DNA from: Candidatus Binatia bacterium
Lineage (GTDB): Bacteria > Desulfobacterota > Binatia > Bin18
DNA length: 64,000 nt
Assembly: GCA_963664395.2 (NCBI GenBank)
Contig: OY761159.2
Coordinates: 1,376,001 to 1,440,000, forward strand
Direction of reading: 5' to 3'
Part shown: piece after piece, positions 21,900-31,768 of the stretch
How positions within the stretch are numbered: the first letter of the stretch is position 1
How the letters are laid out: each line of letters starts with the position of its first letter
Notes under the pieces: generated by a model
Databases searched by the model: none
What the model was told of the DNA's origin: nothing
What the model saw: only the letters and a program-made list of their open reading frames with translations
Program-made: the position numbers and the translations under genes

Positions 21900-23138
21900 A
21901 TGATCTCCGTACATGAAGCGCTGACCCGGATCTTGGAGACGGTCTCTCCGCTGGCCGGTGAACGTATCAGTTTGCTTGAAGCAAGCGGACGCGTCCTGGC
22001 TGAGGATGTCCACTCTATCCGCGAGGTCCCGCCGTTTACCAACTCGGCCATGGATGGCTATGCCGTCCGGCATGACGACATTCAGTCCGCCAGGGCGGAC
22101 CAGCCCGTTGCGCTGTCCGTCCTGGAAGTCATTCAAGCCGGTGCCGTCCCAACCAAAACTGTCGGACACAAGACGGCGAGTAAAATCATGACTGGCGCCG
22201 TCCTGCCGGCGGGCGCCGATACGGTCATCAAGGTCGAAGACACACAGGAACAATCGGACCAGGTGCTCATTCGCAAGGCCGGTCCCAAAGGCAATAATAT
22301 TCGCGCAAGCGGTGAGGACATCCAATCCGGCCAGACGATTCTCAAGTCGGGCCGGGTCCTCCGTCCGGCGGATATCGGTCTGCTGGCCTCGGTCGGGCGC
22401 AGCTTTGTGCTGGTGCATCAGCACCCCAGGGTCGCCATCTTGAGTACGGGCAATGAGCTGGCCGAAGTCGATGTCCCACTACAACCGGGTCAGATCGTGA
22501 ACTCCAACGCCTACACCCTGGCCGCAGCCGTGCGTGAGGCCGGCGGTCAGCCCGTCCCCCTGGCCATTGCCCGCGATAGCCTGGAAGAAACGCGCGCCGC
22601 GCTCGAAGAGGCCGTACGCCATGACGTCGTGTTATCCACCGGTGGGGTGTCCGTTGGGGATTTTGATTTTGTCAAAGCGGCCATGGACGACATCGGCATT
22701 GAGCGCCTGTTCTGGCGGGTCGCCCAAAAGCCGGGCAAGCCGCTGACGTTCGGTCTGCTCCGAGGACGGCCGTACTTTGGCCTGCCCGGTAATCCGGTCT
22801 CTGCTCTGGTGTGTTTCTATCTCTACACCTGGGCTGCGCTGCGCCGCATGGCCGGCTACCGCAAGCTCTTTTTTCCTACTGTCCAGGTCACTCTTGGTGA
22901 AGACATTCCCAAGGCAAAGGGACTGACCGAATTCGTCCGGTGCCAGTTGACCCGGAACGGCACAGGGTATGAAGCGCGTTTGACCGGCACCCAAAGTTCC
23001 GGCGTCCTGAGTTCGCTTTCTCTCGGAGAGAGCCTGGTGATCGGCCCGCCCGATACCGATATGCTACGGAAGGGCACCACCGCGACCGCTATCGTCCTTG
23101 ATCGGGAAGAGTTCATGCCCACCGAGCTGCCCTTTTAG
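21900..23138 (+). CDS. moeA: Molybdopterin molybdenumtransferase
   Basis: SAMDGYAV, IMTGA, STGNEL, GGVSVGDFD, KPGKP, LPGNPVS. Confidence 0.95.
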   Translation: MISVHEALTRILETVSPLAGERISLLEASGRVLAEDVHSIREVPPFTNSAMDGYAVRHDDIQSARADQPVALSVLEVIQAGAVPTKTVGHKTASKIMTGAVLPAGADTVIKVEDTQEQSDQVLIRKAGPKGNNIRASGEDIQSGQTILKSGRVLRPADIGLLASVGRSFVLVHQHPRVAILSTGNELAEVDVPLQPGQIVNSNAYTLAAAVREAGGQPVPLAIARDSLEETRAALEEAVRHDVVLSTGGVSVGDFDFVKAAMDDIGIERLFWRVAQKPGKPLTFGLLRGRPYFGLPGNPVSALVCFYLYTWAALRRMAGYRKLFFPTVQVTLGEDIPKAKGLTEFVRCQLTRNGTGYEARLTGTQSSGVLSSLSLGESLVIGPPDTDMLRKGTTATAIVLDREEFMPTELPF

Positions 23139-23172
23139 GCGACTCGGACCTTTGTTCTTCCGTATTCCCGAC

Positions 23173-23411
23173 TCAACCGTAGTGATACCGGCAGGCAATG
23201 ATCGTCACATGGGTATCGGTCACTGCGTAAACGAGCCGGTGTGTCACGTCGATTCTCCTTATAGCGCCTCCGACTTTCCAATACCTTCAAGTGGAGTCCG
23301 GAGCACACTCGTTATCAAAATATTAATGCGCTTTACTGTCTTTTTATCCTGGCCTTGCCAGTACACATAATCGGACCAGGCAGCGTCGGTCCAAGCCAAA
23401 TGCCTACTCAT
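23173..23411 (-). pseudogene. yoeB: Txe/YoeB toxin broken by an internal deletion and frameshift
   Basis: MSRHLAWTDAAWSDYVYWQ...GIGKSEAL-stop (23259); the C-terminus RRIDVTHRLVYAV...IIACRYHYG-stop (23173) lies in another frame. Confidence 0.85.
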
Positions 23412-23658
23412 CCAGCAGTTCTCTCTCCTTGGCCTGGCCGGTACGGAACTGTTCAATAGATTTACTGAGATGGACAGCGTTAGCTGGAGATTTGAGCAGA
23501 TGAATCGTTTCCATGAGACTGTTGTAGTAGTCTAAAGACATGACGACAGCATCCTGACTGTCCCGACGGGTTATCACGGTACAGTCAGCATCGTTAATCG
23601 CTTGATCTAAAATCTTTTTCAGTCCATTGCGCGCTTCTGTAAAGGAGACGGTACGCAT
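23404..23658 (-). CDS. yefM: YefM/Phd antitoxin
   Basis: MRTVSFTEARNGL, VVMSLDYYNSLMETIHLLKSPANA; overlaps the yoeB start. Confidence 0.9.
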   Translation of the reverse strand: MRTVSFTEARNGLKKILDQAINDADCTVITRRDSQDAVVMSLDYYNSLMETIHLLKSPANAVHLSKSIEQFRTGQAKERELLDE

Positions 23659-23808
23659 CTTTCCTCCGCATATTGGATGTATGGTGCAGATATAGGCTTT
23701 CCCATAGACATAGACAAGACATCCGACCTGTCTCTCGGCGCTACCCACCCGTTGACTTTCCCCAGGGCTTCTGATTTGCAAAAAGCCTCTTTTTGTAAGG
23801 AGGTTTCT

Positions 23809-24723
23809 GTGGAAAACGGCACAATCTGGATGGACGGTGAACTCGTTCCCTGGGACGAGGCGAAAGTCCACGTCCTCACCCATACACTCCACTACGGGGT
23901 GGGAGTATTTGAAGGCATTCGCTGCTATGCGGGTGAAGACGGCCGGTCAGGCGTTTTCCGCCTGCCCGAACATATTGAGCGGCTGTTCGACTCGGCCCAC
24001 ATCCTCGGGCTCACTATCCCCTTTTCCCAAGACGCCATTCTCAATGCCTGCCTTGAAACTGTTCGTGCCAATGAACTCAAGGAATGCTATATCCGCCCGC
24101 TGGTCTTTGTTGGCGAAGGGGACCGTGGTCTCCACGCCAGGACAAATCCAATTCGCGTTTCCATTGCGGCCTGGGCCTGGGGGGCCTATCTCGGCGAAGA
24201 AGGGCTGCTCAAGGGTATTCGGGTCAAGACTTCGTCGTTTCAACGCTTTCACGTCAATACCATGATGACCAAGGCCAAGGCCGTCGGTACCTACCTGAAT
24301 TCCATTCTGGCCGGGCAGGAGGTCTGGGCACTTGGCTATGACGAGGCCCTGCTGCTCGATACCGACGGCTACGTGGCTGAAGGACCGGGAGAAAACATTT
24401 TTATCGTACGGCGGGGCAAGATCAAAACGCCGCCGCTCTCGTCTTCACTCCTGCCCGGTATTACCCGCGATACCGCCATCACCCTGCTGCGGGAGATGGA
24501 TGTCCCGCTGGAAGAGGACCGGATTACTCGGGACGAAGTCTATCTTGCCGACGAGGTCTTTTTTACCGGCACGGCCGCAGAGGTTACACCGATTCGTGAA
24601 CTCGATGGCCGTATAATCCGTGGCGAAACACCCGGAGCGGTGACAAAAGAACTCAAAAAGCGCTTCGATGCCGTCATTACAGGAGCCAATCCGAAGTACA
24701 AGGATTGGCTGACCTATGTGTAG
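23809..24723 (+). CDS. ilvE: Branched-chain amino acid aminotransferase
   Basis: LHYGVGVFEGIRCY, KAVGTYLNS, EGPGENIF, LPGITR, GTAAEVTP; AAGGAGG RBS before GTG. Confidence 0.95.
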   Translation: MENGTIWMDGELVPWDEAKVHVLTHTLHYGVGVFEGIRCYAGEDGRSGVFRLPEHIERLFDSAHILGLTIPFSQDAILNACLETVRANELKECYIRPLVFVGEGDRGLHARTNPIRVSIAAWAWGAYLGEEGLLKGIRVKTSSFQRFHVNTMMTKAKAVGTYLNSILAGQEVWALGYDEALLLDTDGYVAEGPGENIFIVRRGKIKTPPLSSSLLPGITRDTAITLLREMDVPLEEDRITRDEVYLADEVFFTGTAAEVTPIRELDGRIIRGETPGAVTKELKKRFDAVITGANPKYKDWLTYV

Positions 24724-24796
24724 AATTAGGGATTGGAAGTTGGAGATTGGGGACTGGCTCTCTGTTCTTCCCCCAATCCCTAATCCCTAACCCCCC
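24723..24796. repeat. Inverted pair of heptamer tandem arrays (STRR-like)
   Basis: GAATTAG-GGATTGG-AAGTTGG-AGATTGG-GGACTGG ... CCCCAAT-CCCTAAT-CCCTAAC. Confidence 0.65.
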
Positions 24797-24802
24797 TGCT
24801 TC

Positions 24803-27800
24803 ATGTCATCCATTCGAAACCTGTGGTTTGATACGCGCCATTTGCTCGGCGATGCCCGCGGCCACGCCTTGTTGGCGGAACTCAATGCATTGCCAGAGTC
24901 GGCACGGGAAGCCATTCTTGCGGCTGGCGACCGGCTTGCTGACATCTCGCTCACGTTAGCCCAAGTGTTTTGCCGCAATGCCCCTGCTTCCTGGCACGCG
25001 TTTGGAGAGGAGGACGTATTTTCTCGTTGGGTGCAGGTCGGCGAACAATTTGTCCGGCACGAGCCGACCTCGCGTGAAGGAGCGGCTGCGTATTTTTCCA
25101 TCCCCCCCGCCGCACTCGCCCGGCTCGGATTGGATCAAGCCGAGGCCTGGGCCGCAATCGGTCGGGAAGTCCTCCGGATTTCGCGCCGCCTAGGCTCTCA
25201 ATTTTTACAGACCTCAGCTCCCCTGCTCGCCAGCCTGCCGACTCCTATCGAGACCCGCCTGCAAGCCTGGGCAAAGCACGGGAGTGCGTTGCTCAGAGAA
25301 AAGGGCTGGAAGGGCGAGTTTCTGGCGGTCTCCTACTTTTCTGCCGCCCCAGTAGCCCTGCCCATTCTGAGCCCGCAAGAGATGCAGGAATGGGCCGCAT
25401 TGGGCATTCTCGTCCAGGATGCCGGACCGTGGAAGTTTTACACTACTTTGCCAAACGGCTTTGCCGAGTTGGCTGAAAAGATACGCCTCCAACTATTACT
25501 TGACTGCCAGACTGCGGCCAGCCGTTCGCCCCAAGCGGCAGAGGCCATCTTTGTCCGCTTACCGGCTGTTCTGGCTGGGTTGCCAACACCCCTCCAGGCT
25601 TTTCTCCTGACCATCCTGGCACCAGTTATCCGGTCCGACCCTACGGCCCTGCCCCCGCTCTTTCCGCTCATGGGCCCCTGCCTCAAGGCTATTGAGAGCA
25701 CGCAACGCCCGGCACTGCGCGCCGCATTAGTCGCACTGGCCCAGGATTTCGCGCCAGGCATTCCACCCGCCCTGCGGACCTTACCCAGGGCGTATGAGGA
25801 AGCCGGCGAGCAGCGTTTGCTGGAATGGATAGCCAAAGGACGGGCTATAGGGCGAGCCGGCACGCAAGCAGGTGTGGCATTTTTTGCGCTGGAATCCCGG
25901 ACCAGCCTGCGCGTACTCCGACACGACGACACTGGGGTCGATTTGGAAGAAGTCCAAGAGGTGCTGCGCAAATATATCCAGATGTTGTCCGGCTTGGCTG
26001 CCGGTATCGAGCGTCAGGAATTTTTCTCCTATCCACCCGCACTCGAAGAATTTCCTGTTCCCGGAGACGCCGTCCCACTGCCGGCTCGGATTGACCTCTT
26101 TTCAACCTATGAAGAGAATTTCAGACTCTTTCGGGCGTTGGCGATGTTGCAGGCCGGCCGGCGTGAGTTTGGAACATACGCCTTCAGCCTGGAACGCTTG
26201 TGGCCACAGCTCTCCGAGGAGGTGCGCGCGCTCAGAGAGGAGCGAAAACCGGCACACGAGCAGCCACAAAAGCAGCCAAGCGGTGGTCTGCCCGCTTTCT
26301 TCTCCTGTTTTCCGCACCCACATGTTGTAGAAGCCCTTTTTCTCCTGGTGGAAACGCGGCGCATTACGCACCGGGTCGGCCAGTCATACCGAGGGCTGCG
26401 GGAGGACCTCGCATGGTTGAACAGCGTGTCTCTCCCCTCGCTCTTGCCCGAAACCCTACGGACGCTCTTTGCCACTCTTGCTCTCCCCTCACAGCCGTCT
26501 CACACGGTCTATGATTCTGCCCGGTGGGCAGCGGACACGTATCAGCGCATGGTGTCCTCCCTGGTCATGCTGCAACGTCAAGATCAGGACCCGGCAGCGT
26601 TTGAAGCAGCGCTGTTTGAAAAAATGACCGGCGATGCGCTCATTGACCCGGACATGGACGATGACAGTCCACCACCGGATGCGCTGGAGCTGCCCGAGTT
26701 GGATACACTGAAATTGGAGCCCGAGGGCGACGATGATGCGGGCGGAGCGCCGCTCTCTCCCGAAGAACTCAAGGCCCTCATCGAGGCGGGAGTAGAGTTG
26801 CAGATTCGGCCAGGCAAGCCGGATAGCCTGACTCCGCAAGGACTGTATATCACTGATTTGGACGGCAAGCTGCCGGCCCAAGCCGACCCGGACGCCCTCC
26901 TGCCTGAGCATGGCACGCTGGTCAACGCCGGACGCCGCAGGGAGCGAGCGGAAGCGCTGACCTTTTTCTATGACGAGTGGGATTACCACATTGCCGATTA
27001 TCGTTCACGCTGGTGTCGGCTGCGTGAAATTATCCTCAGCGGTGATGCCGGCGAGTTTTTCGCCAAGACCCTGGGCGACTACGTCGCCCTCACCCCCGCG
27101 ATTAAGGCAGAGTTTCAACGCATCCGCCCCGAGCAGTATCGCCTCGTACGCGGCCTTGAAGATGGCGAAGAGTTTGATCTGAACGCGGTGATTACCGCAG
27201 TCAGCGACCGCCGGGCGCGGCTTACTCCATCGTCCAAAGTCTACACGACCAAACGGCAGACCGAGCGAGATGTGGCGGCCCTGTTTCTGCTTGATATGAG
27301 TGCGTCAACAGACGAACCCATAGTGCCGCTTCCACCCCAGTATGGTAATGACGAGCCTGACGATTGGCTGGCGACATGGAAGAAAAAACCCGAGGTCCCT
27401 CAGCCCAAGCCACGCCGCATTATTGATGTCGCCAAAGAAGCCCTGGTGTTGATGGCCGAAGCGCTGGAAGAGATCGGCGATGCGTACGCGGTCTATGGCT
27501 TTTCCGGTCAGGGCCGTGACAATGTCGAGTTCTATCACATCAAATCATTCACCGAGGCACTCTCACCAACCATCAAGGGCCGTCTTGGAGCGATTGAACC
27601 CAAGCGTTCGACCCGGATGGGTCCGGCCATTCGACACTCACTGGAAAAACTGAAAGATATCGCCTGTCGGGTCAAACTCCTGGTCCTGCTCAGCGATGGC
27701 TTTCCACAGGACATGGACTATGGCGATGACCGGCGTTCCGCCACATACGGCATTCAGGACACCATGATGGCGCTGCGTGAGGCCGACCGGGCCGGAGTGC

Positions 27801-27952
27801 TGACATTCTGTCTGACCATAGATAAGGCCGGCCATGACTATTTACGAGACATGTGCGCGCCGTCTCGGTATATGGTACTCGAAGATGTGGCATCTCTTCC
27901 CACGGAATTGCCAAAAGTATATCAACGCTACATCCGTCCCTGGCAGACGTGA
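24803..27952 (+). CDS. NorD/CbbO-like VWA domain protein with large helical N-terminus
   Basis: YDEWDY, DGEEFDL, LLDMSAST (MIDAS), YGFSG, TRMGPAIRH, LLSDGFP. Confidence 0.8.
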   Translation: MSSIRNLWFDTRHLLGDARGHALLAELNALPESAREAILAAGDRLADISLTLAQVFCRNAPASWHAFGEEDVFSRWVQVGEQFVRHEPTSREGAAAYFSIPPAALARLGLDQAEAWAAIGREVLRISRRLGSQFLQTSAPLLASLPTPIETRLQAWAKHGSALLREKGWKGEFLAVSYFSAAPVALPILSPQEMQEWAALGILVQDAGPWKFYTTLPNGFAELAEKIRLQLLLDCQTAASRSPQAAEAIFVRLPAVLAGLPTPLQAFLLTILAPVIRSDPTALPPLFPLMGPCLKAIESTQRPALRAALVALAQDFAPGIPPALRTLPRAYEEAGEQRLLEWIAKGRAIGRAGTQAGVAFFALESRTSLRVLRHDDTGVDLEEVQEVLRKYIQMLSGLAAGIERQEFFSYPPALEEFPVPGDAVPLPARIDLFSTYEENFRLFRALAMLQAGRREFGTYAFSLERLWPQLSEEVRALREERKPAHEQPQKQPSGGLPAFFSCFPHPHVVEALFLLVETRRITHRVGQSYRGLREDLAWLNSVSLPSLLPETLRTLFATLALPSQPSHTVYDSARWAADTYQRMVSSLVMLQRQDQDPAAFEAALFEKMTGDALIDPDMDDDSPPPDALELPELDTLKLEPEGDDDAGGAPLSPEELKALIEAGVELQIRPGKPDSLTPQGLYITDLDGKLPAQADPDALLPEHGTLVNAGRRRERAEALTFFYDEWDYHIADYRSRWCRLREIILSGDAGEFFAKTLGDYVALTPAIKAEFQRIRPEQYRLVRGLEDGEEFDLNAVITAVSDRRARLTPSSKVYTTKRQTERDVAALFLLDMSASTDEPIVPLPPQYGNDEPDDWLATWKKKPEVPQPKPRRIIDVAKEALVLMAEALEEIGDAYAVYGFSGQGRDNVEFYHIKSFTEALSPTIKGRLGAIEPKRSTRMGPAIRHSLEKLKDIACRVKLLVLLSDGFPQDMDYGDDRRSATYGIQDTMMALREADRAGVLTFCLTIDKAGHDYLRDMCAPSRYMVLEDVASLPTELPKVYQRYIRPWQT

Positions 27953-28019
27953 GCCGGAAGAAAAAGAAAGCCGAGATCATACAGCGCGCGGATAACGCGG
28001 ATAAAGATGGAGGACAGAC

Positions 28020-28790
28020 ATGGATATTCAGAATAGTGTGGCGGTCATCACCGGGGGCGGTTCCGGCCTGGGCGAAGCAACGGCGCGGGCCCTGTCTGCA
28101 AAAGGGGCCAAAGTGGCGGTGCTTGATCTGAGCAAATCGAACGGAGCCGCCATTGCCGAAGAACTCGGGGCCACTGCCACGTTTCTCGAAGCCGATGTCA
28201 CCAATGACGAGCAGTTAGCGGCAGCCATCGCCCAGGCGGCTGAACGGTTGGGCGCGATTCATGTCGCGGTGAATTGCGCCGGCATTGCCACCGCGGGCAA
28301 GACCTTGGGCAAGGGCAACGAGCCGCTGAACATAGGACCGTTTCGGAGAACAATTGAAGTCAACCTCATCGGGACGTTTAATGTGATTCGTTTTGTTGCC
28401 GCACAAATGGCGAAAAACCCGCCGGGTGACGATGGCGAGCGGGGCGTTATCATCAATACGGCCTCGGTGGCCGCCTTTGATGGGCAGATCGGTCAAGCTG
28501 CCTATTCTGCCTCAAAAGGCGGCGTTGTCGGCATGACGCTCCCGATCGCTCGGGATCTATCTCGGGATGGGATTCGCTGCTGTACTATCGCTCCAGGTAT
28601 CTTTGAGACGCCGATGCTGATGGGACTGCCCGAGCCGGCCCGTCAGGCACTCGGAGCCAGCGTGCCCTTTCCGCAGCGTCTGGGCCGTCCGGCGGAATAC
28701 GCGGCGCTGGCCTGCCAGATTATAGAGAACTCGATGTTAAACGGTGAAACCATTCGGCTCGACGGCGCTATTCGGATGGCGCCCAAATAG
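28020..28790 (+). CDS. SDR, 3-hydroxyacyl-CoA dehydrogenase type II (HSD10-like)
   Basis: [43 protein letters not shown]. Confidence 0.92.
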   Translation: MDIQNSVAVITGGGSGLGEATARALSAKGAKVAVLDLSKSNGAAIAEELGATATFLEADVTNDEQLAAAIAQAAERLGAIHVAVNCAGIATAGKTLGKGNEPLNIGPFRRTIEVNLIGTFNVIRFVAAQMAKNPPGDDGERGVIINTASVAAFDGQIGQAAYSASKGGVVGMTLPIARDLSRDGIRCCTIAPGIFETPMLMGLPEPARQALGASVPFPQRLGRPAEYAALACQIIENSMLNGETIRLDGAIRMAPK

Positions 28791-28793
28791 CCC

Positions 28794-29393
28794 GTGGCTT
28801 ATACACGCAAGGATGCCTTCTATAAAAAAGCCAAGCAGGAAGGCTATCGCTCCCGCGCAGCGTATAAACTCCTCGAACTCAACCGCGTCTGGCGCTTTTT
28901 GCGGTCGGGGAACCGGGTCATTGATCTCGGCTCCTGGCCGGGTGGTTGGGTGCAGGTCGCGGCCAAGGCGGTTGGGCCATCCGGGCAGATTCTTGGCATT
29001 GACCTGGTCAAGCTGGAACCCCTCCCCCTTGCCAACGTCACTCTGGTTCAAGGGGATGCCACCGACCCGGCTCAGCAGCAATCCCTGCTTTCCTCTTTAG
29101 GACGCCCGGCTGACGTCCTCCTCTCGGACATGGCGCCCAAGCTGAGCGGGGTGCGTGAAGCCGACGACGCCCGCATCACCGCGTTATGCCAGACCGCTCT
29201 GACCTGCTGCGGCCCCCTCCTGAAGCCAGGGGGCGTGTTATGCCTCAAAGCTTTCATGAACGAAGGGTATCAGCCTTTTGTGGCAGCGCTCCGCTCCGCC
29301 TTCAAGACTGTCAAAACATCCCGTCCGGAAGCTACGCGGAAAGGCTCGGCGGAGGTCTACGTGCTGGCGACAGACAGGAAAAAAATGGTTTGA
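28794..29393 (+). CDS. rlmE: 23S rRNA Um2552 methyltransferase
   Basis: GYRSRAAYKL, DLGSWPGGW, LSDMAP, SAEVY. Confidence 0.93.
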   Translation: MAYTRKDAFYKKAKQEGYRSRAAYKLLELNRVWRFLRSGNRVIDLGSWPGGWVQVAAKAVGPSGQILGIDLVKLEPLPLANVTLVQGDATDPAQQQSLLSSLGRPADVLLSDMAPKLSGVREADDARITALCQTALTCCGPLLKPGGVLCLKAFMNEGYQPFVAALRSAFKTVKTSRPEATRKGSAEVYVLATDRKKMV

Positions 29394-29397
29394 CAGC

Positions 29398-29658
29398 CTG
29401 ATAAGCGCGCCCTTTCAGACTGTCGCTCAGTTCCACGTACAGGGAGAAGTCTTTCTCTATAACGGCCGAGACGGACGACATTTGATTACCTTTGACAATC
29501 CCTACCCGCACCAGGGCTCGATGTTCGGCTATGCGCTGGCCTCGCCCGGCGATATTAACGCCGACCACATTCCGGAGTTTGTTTTTGGTGCGCCAGGCCA
29601 GCACATCAGGGATAAGCCGGCCGTTGGCCGTGTCTTTCTGTTTGTGTCCAAACGCTAG
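29398..29658 (+). pseudogene. 3' remnant of an FG-GAP (integrin-alpha-like) repeat protein
   Basis: LISAPF...GEVFLYNG...FGYALASPGDINADHIPEFVFGAPG...GRVFLF; no 5' part or start, begins right after the rlmE stop. Confidence 0.7.
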
Positions 29659-29754
29659 ACAGGGAGCATTGACACCAGAGCGTCAAGATTCCTAGAATGC
29701 GCTCACTCCTAGCCCCCGCCGCGTGAGCAAAAGGAGACGATCAAGGAAACCATC

Positions 29755-30390
29755 ATGGAGACCATCATGGGGAAGTCCATCCTGACCTTATCTCACTCAT
29801 ACGGTAGCGGCGGCAGCCTGATTGCCCGCACTGTGGGCCGGCGCTTGAACTGGACGGTCTGGGAAAAAGAGATCGTGCGGCAGATCGCCTCGCAGTATCA
29901 AGTCTCGGAAGACTACATTGAGGCAAAAGACGAGCGGGTTGACTCGTTTATTGAACGGATGGTCGGTCTGTTCGGCCTGGGCGGCTTTGAGTCCGCCTAC
30001 GATATTCCGCCGCCCCTCTGGCTCAACGATGCGCAACTTGTCCGCATGACCAAAACTATTGTCGAAGAGGTTGCCCAAAGAGGGAACACCATTCTTGTGG
30101 GCCGAGGTGGAAATCGCATCCTTGAGCACCACCCAAACGCCCTGCACGTTTTCCTGCACGCTCCGCTCGAAACTCGCCTGGAGCGCATGGTACAGGCCGA
30201 AGGCCTGGACCGAGCCAAAGCCCGGCAGCGTATTGTCGGCATGGACAAACTCCGGGCAGATTACGTCCACACCTTCTACCACGACGATTGGCGCGACCCG
30301 AGCCATTACAACCTGACGATCGATTCCAGCCGCTGGGGTGATGCCGGGACTGCCGACCTGATCATGTGGGCCTTGGAGCATATTCAGTAG
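29755..30390 (+). CDS. Cytidylate kinase-like family protein
   Basis: LSHSYGSGG, VGRGG, LHVFLHAP, YNLTIDS. Confidence 0.8.
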   Translation: METIMGKSILTLSHSYGSGGSLIARTVGRRLNWTVWEKEIVRQIASQYQVSEDYIEAKDERVDSFIERMVGLFGLGGFESAYDIPPPLWLNDAQLVRMTKTIVEEVAQRGNTILVGRGGNRILEHHPNALHVFLHAPLETRLERMVQAEGLDRAKARQRIVGMDKLRADYVHTFYHDDWRDPSHYNLTIDSSRWGDAGTADLIMWALEHIQ

Positions 30391-30425
30391 CTCAGCGGCG
30401 CCTCCCACCTATCAGGACTTCCGCG

Positions 30426-31649
30426 ATGAATCCCGTCCAGCCCTTTCTCAACAATGAGCGCGGCCCGGACCACGCCCTTCTATGTGCCCCTATTCTGCCC
30501 GCTATTGCTGAGCAGGCCGCCCAGGCAGACCAGACTCGCAGCGTCGCTCCACACGTGATCGCAGCCATCAAAAACACCGACCTTATTCGGGCGTCAGCCA
30601 CCCGTAATATTGGTGGCATAGAGGCCGGTATTGGGGCGATCGCGCAGGAACTTGAAGCCGTGGCAGGGGCCTGTGCCTCAACCGCCTGGTGTCTGTGGAA
30701 CCACTTGTGCGTGTTCCATTTCATCTGTGGTCAACTCGGCCCGGATGGGAGTGGCGTCCTGCGGCAGATTGTCGCCCAGCGTGAATGGGTCAGTTTTCCC
30801 GCTGGAGCAGGCACCGGCGTACACGGAAAAATTGACGGGGAAGACCTGATTCTCAATGGTCGGGCCAGCTTTGCCTCCGGCGCTCGCTATGGAGATTGGG
30901 CCGCCTGCTTGTTTGCGCTGGAGCGGAGTACGCAACAGCCCGGCGAAAAACCGGACCTGCGCTTTACCGTTGTCCGTACCCATGCCCAGGGCGTATCCGT
31001 TGACCCAACCTGGCTCTCAATGAGCCTGCGCGCCTCGGCAACCGACCACATCAATTATGAGGCAGTGACCGTTCCGGCCGCGTTGATCCGGCCCTTTCCC
31101 ATAGATTTTCGAGTGCAATTTCGAGACGCGGACCGCCCGATGGTCGCGCATCGCTACCGTGAAGACTGGACTGCGGTGTCCGATCTCTGGCTTGGCGCGC
31201 AGGCCGTTGGGGTGGCCGCCGCGGCGTTGGAGGAAGCCTGCCAAGAGCTGAGCGGCCGGATTGCCATCTTCGGGACCAAAGTCGCCGAACGGCCCGCGGT
31301 CCAGCTCAATATAGGCCAGGCCGGAGCCGCCATTACCTCCGCCCGCGCCGCCGTCCTGACGGGCTGTGCGGAAACAGACGCGCGGATTGAGTCGGGTATC
31401 ATCCCGACGGAGGCGGATTATCTGCGTCAGCTTGGCTATAGCATGACAGCGCTTCGGCTATGTGACGACGCCATGCGGCTACTGCTGCGCGTCCAGGGTG
31501 GGAATGGCTTGCGTGAAGGTGGCTCTTTCGAGCGCCGCTATCGTGACTTTCAGGCCATGCCGCTGCATATCAACGCCCATCCCGACCGGGTAGCGGAACT
31601 GGTTGGGAAACACTTATTAGGCGTAGACAACGACGCCCCGTTTCAGTAG
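30426..31649 (+). CDS. Acyl-CoA dehydrogenase-fold flavin-dependent hydroxylase
   Basis: CASTAW, NGRASFASG, W..MSLRASAT, FERRYRD. Confidence 0.75.
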   Translation: MNPVQPFLNNERGPDHALLCAPILPAIAEQAAQADQTRSVAPHVIAAIKNTDLIRASATRNIGGIEAGIGAIAQELEAVAGACASTAWCLWNHLCVFHFICGQLGPDGSGVLRQIVAQREWVSFPAGAGTGVHGKIDGEDLILNGRASFASGARYGDWAACLFALERSTQQPGEKPDLRFTVVRTHAQGVSVDPTWLSMSLRASATDHINYEAVTVPAALIRPFPIDFRVQFRDADRPMVAHRYREDWTAVSDLWLGAQAVGVAAAALEEACQELSGRIAIFGTKVAERPAVQLNIGQAGAAITSARAAVLTGCAETDARIESGIIPTEADYLRQLGYSMTALRLCDDAMRLLLRVQGGNGLREGGSFERRYRDFQAMPLHINAHPDRVAELVGKHLLGVDNDAPFQ

Positions 31650-31676
31650 TCTTCCCCACTCTCCTCCCACTAATAA

Positions 31677-31727
31677 TCCCCTCTTGGGAGGGATGGTCCT
31701 GAGCTTGTCGAAGGGCCGGGGTGGGTT
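31677..31727. repeat. REP-like intergenic element between convergent genes
   Basis: TCCCCTCTTGGGAGGG...GGGGTGGGT frame with internal GTCCTGAGCTTGTCGAAGG. Only one copy in the window; recognised by resemblance to common bacterial short repeats. Confidence 0.4.
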
Positions 31728-31768
31728 TCTCTCACGCATGCCCTATCCGTAGATCCATCCCGCCCCTA

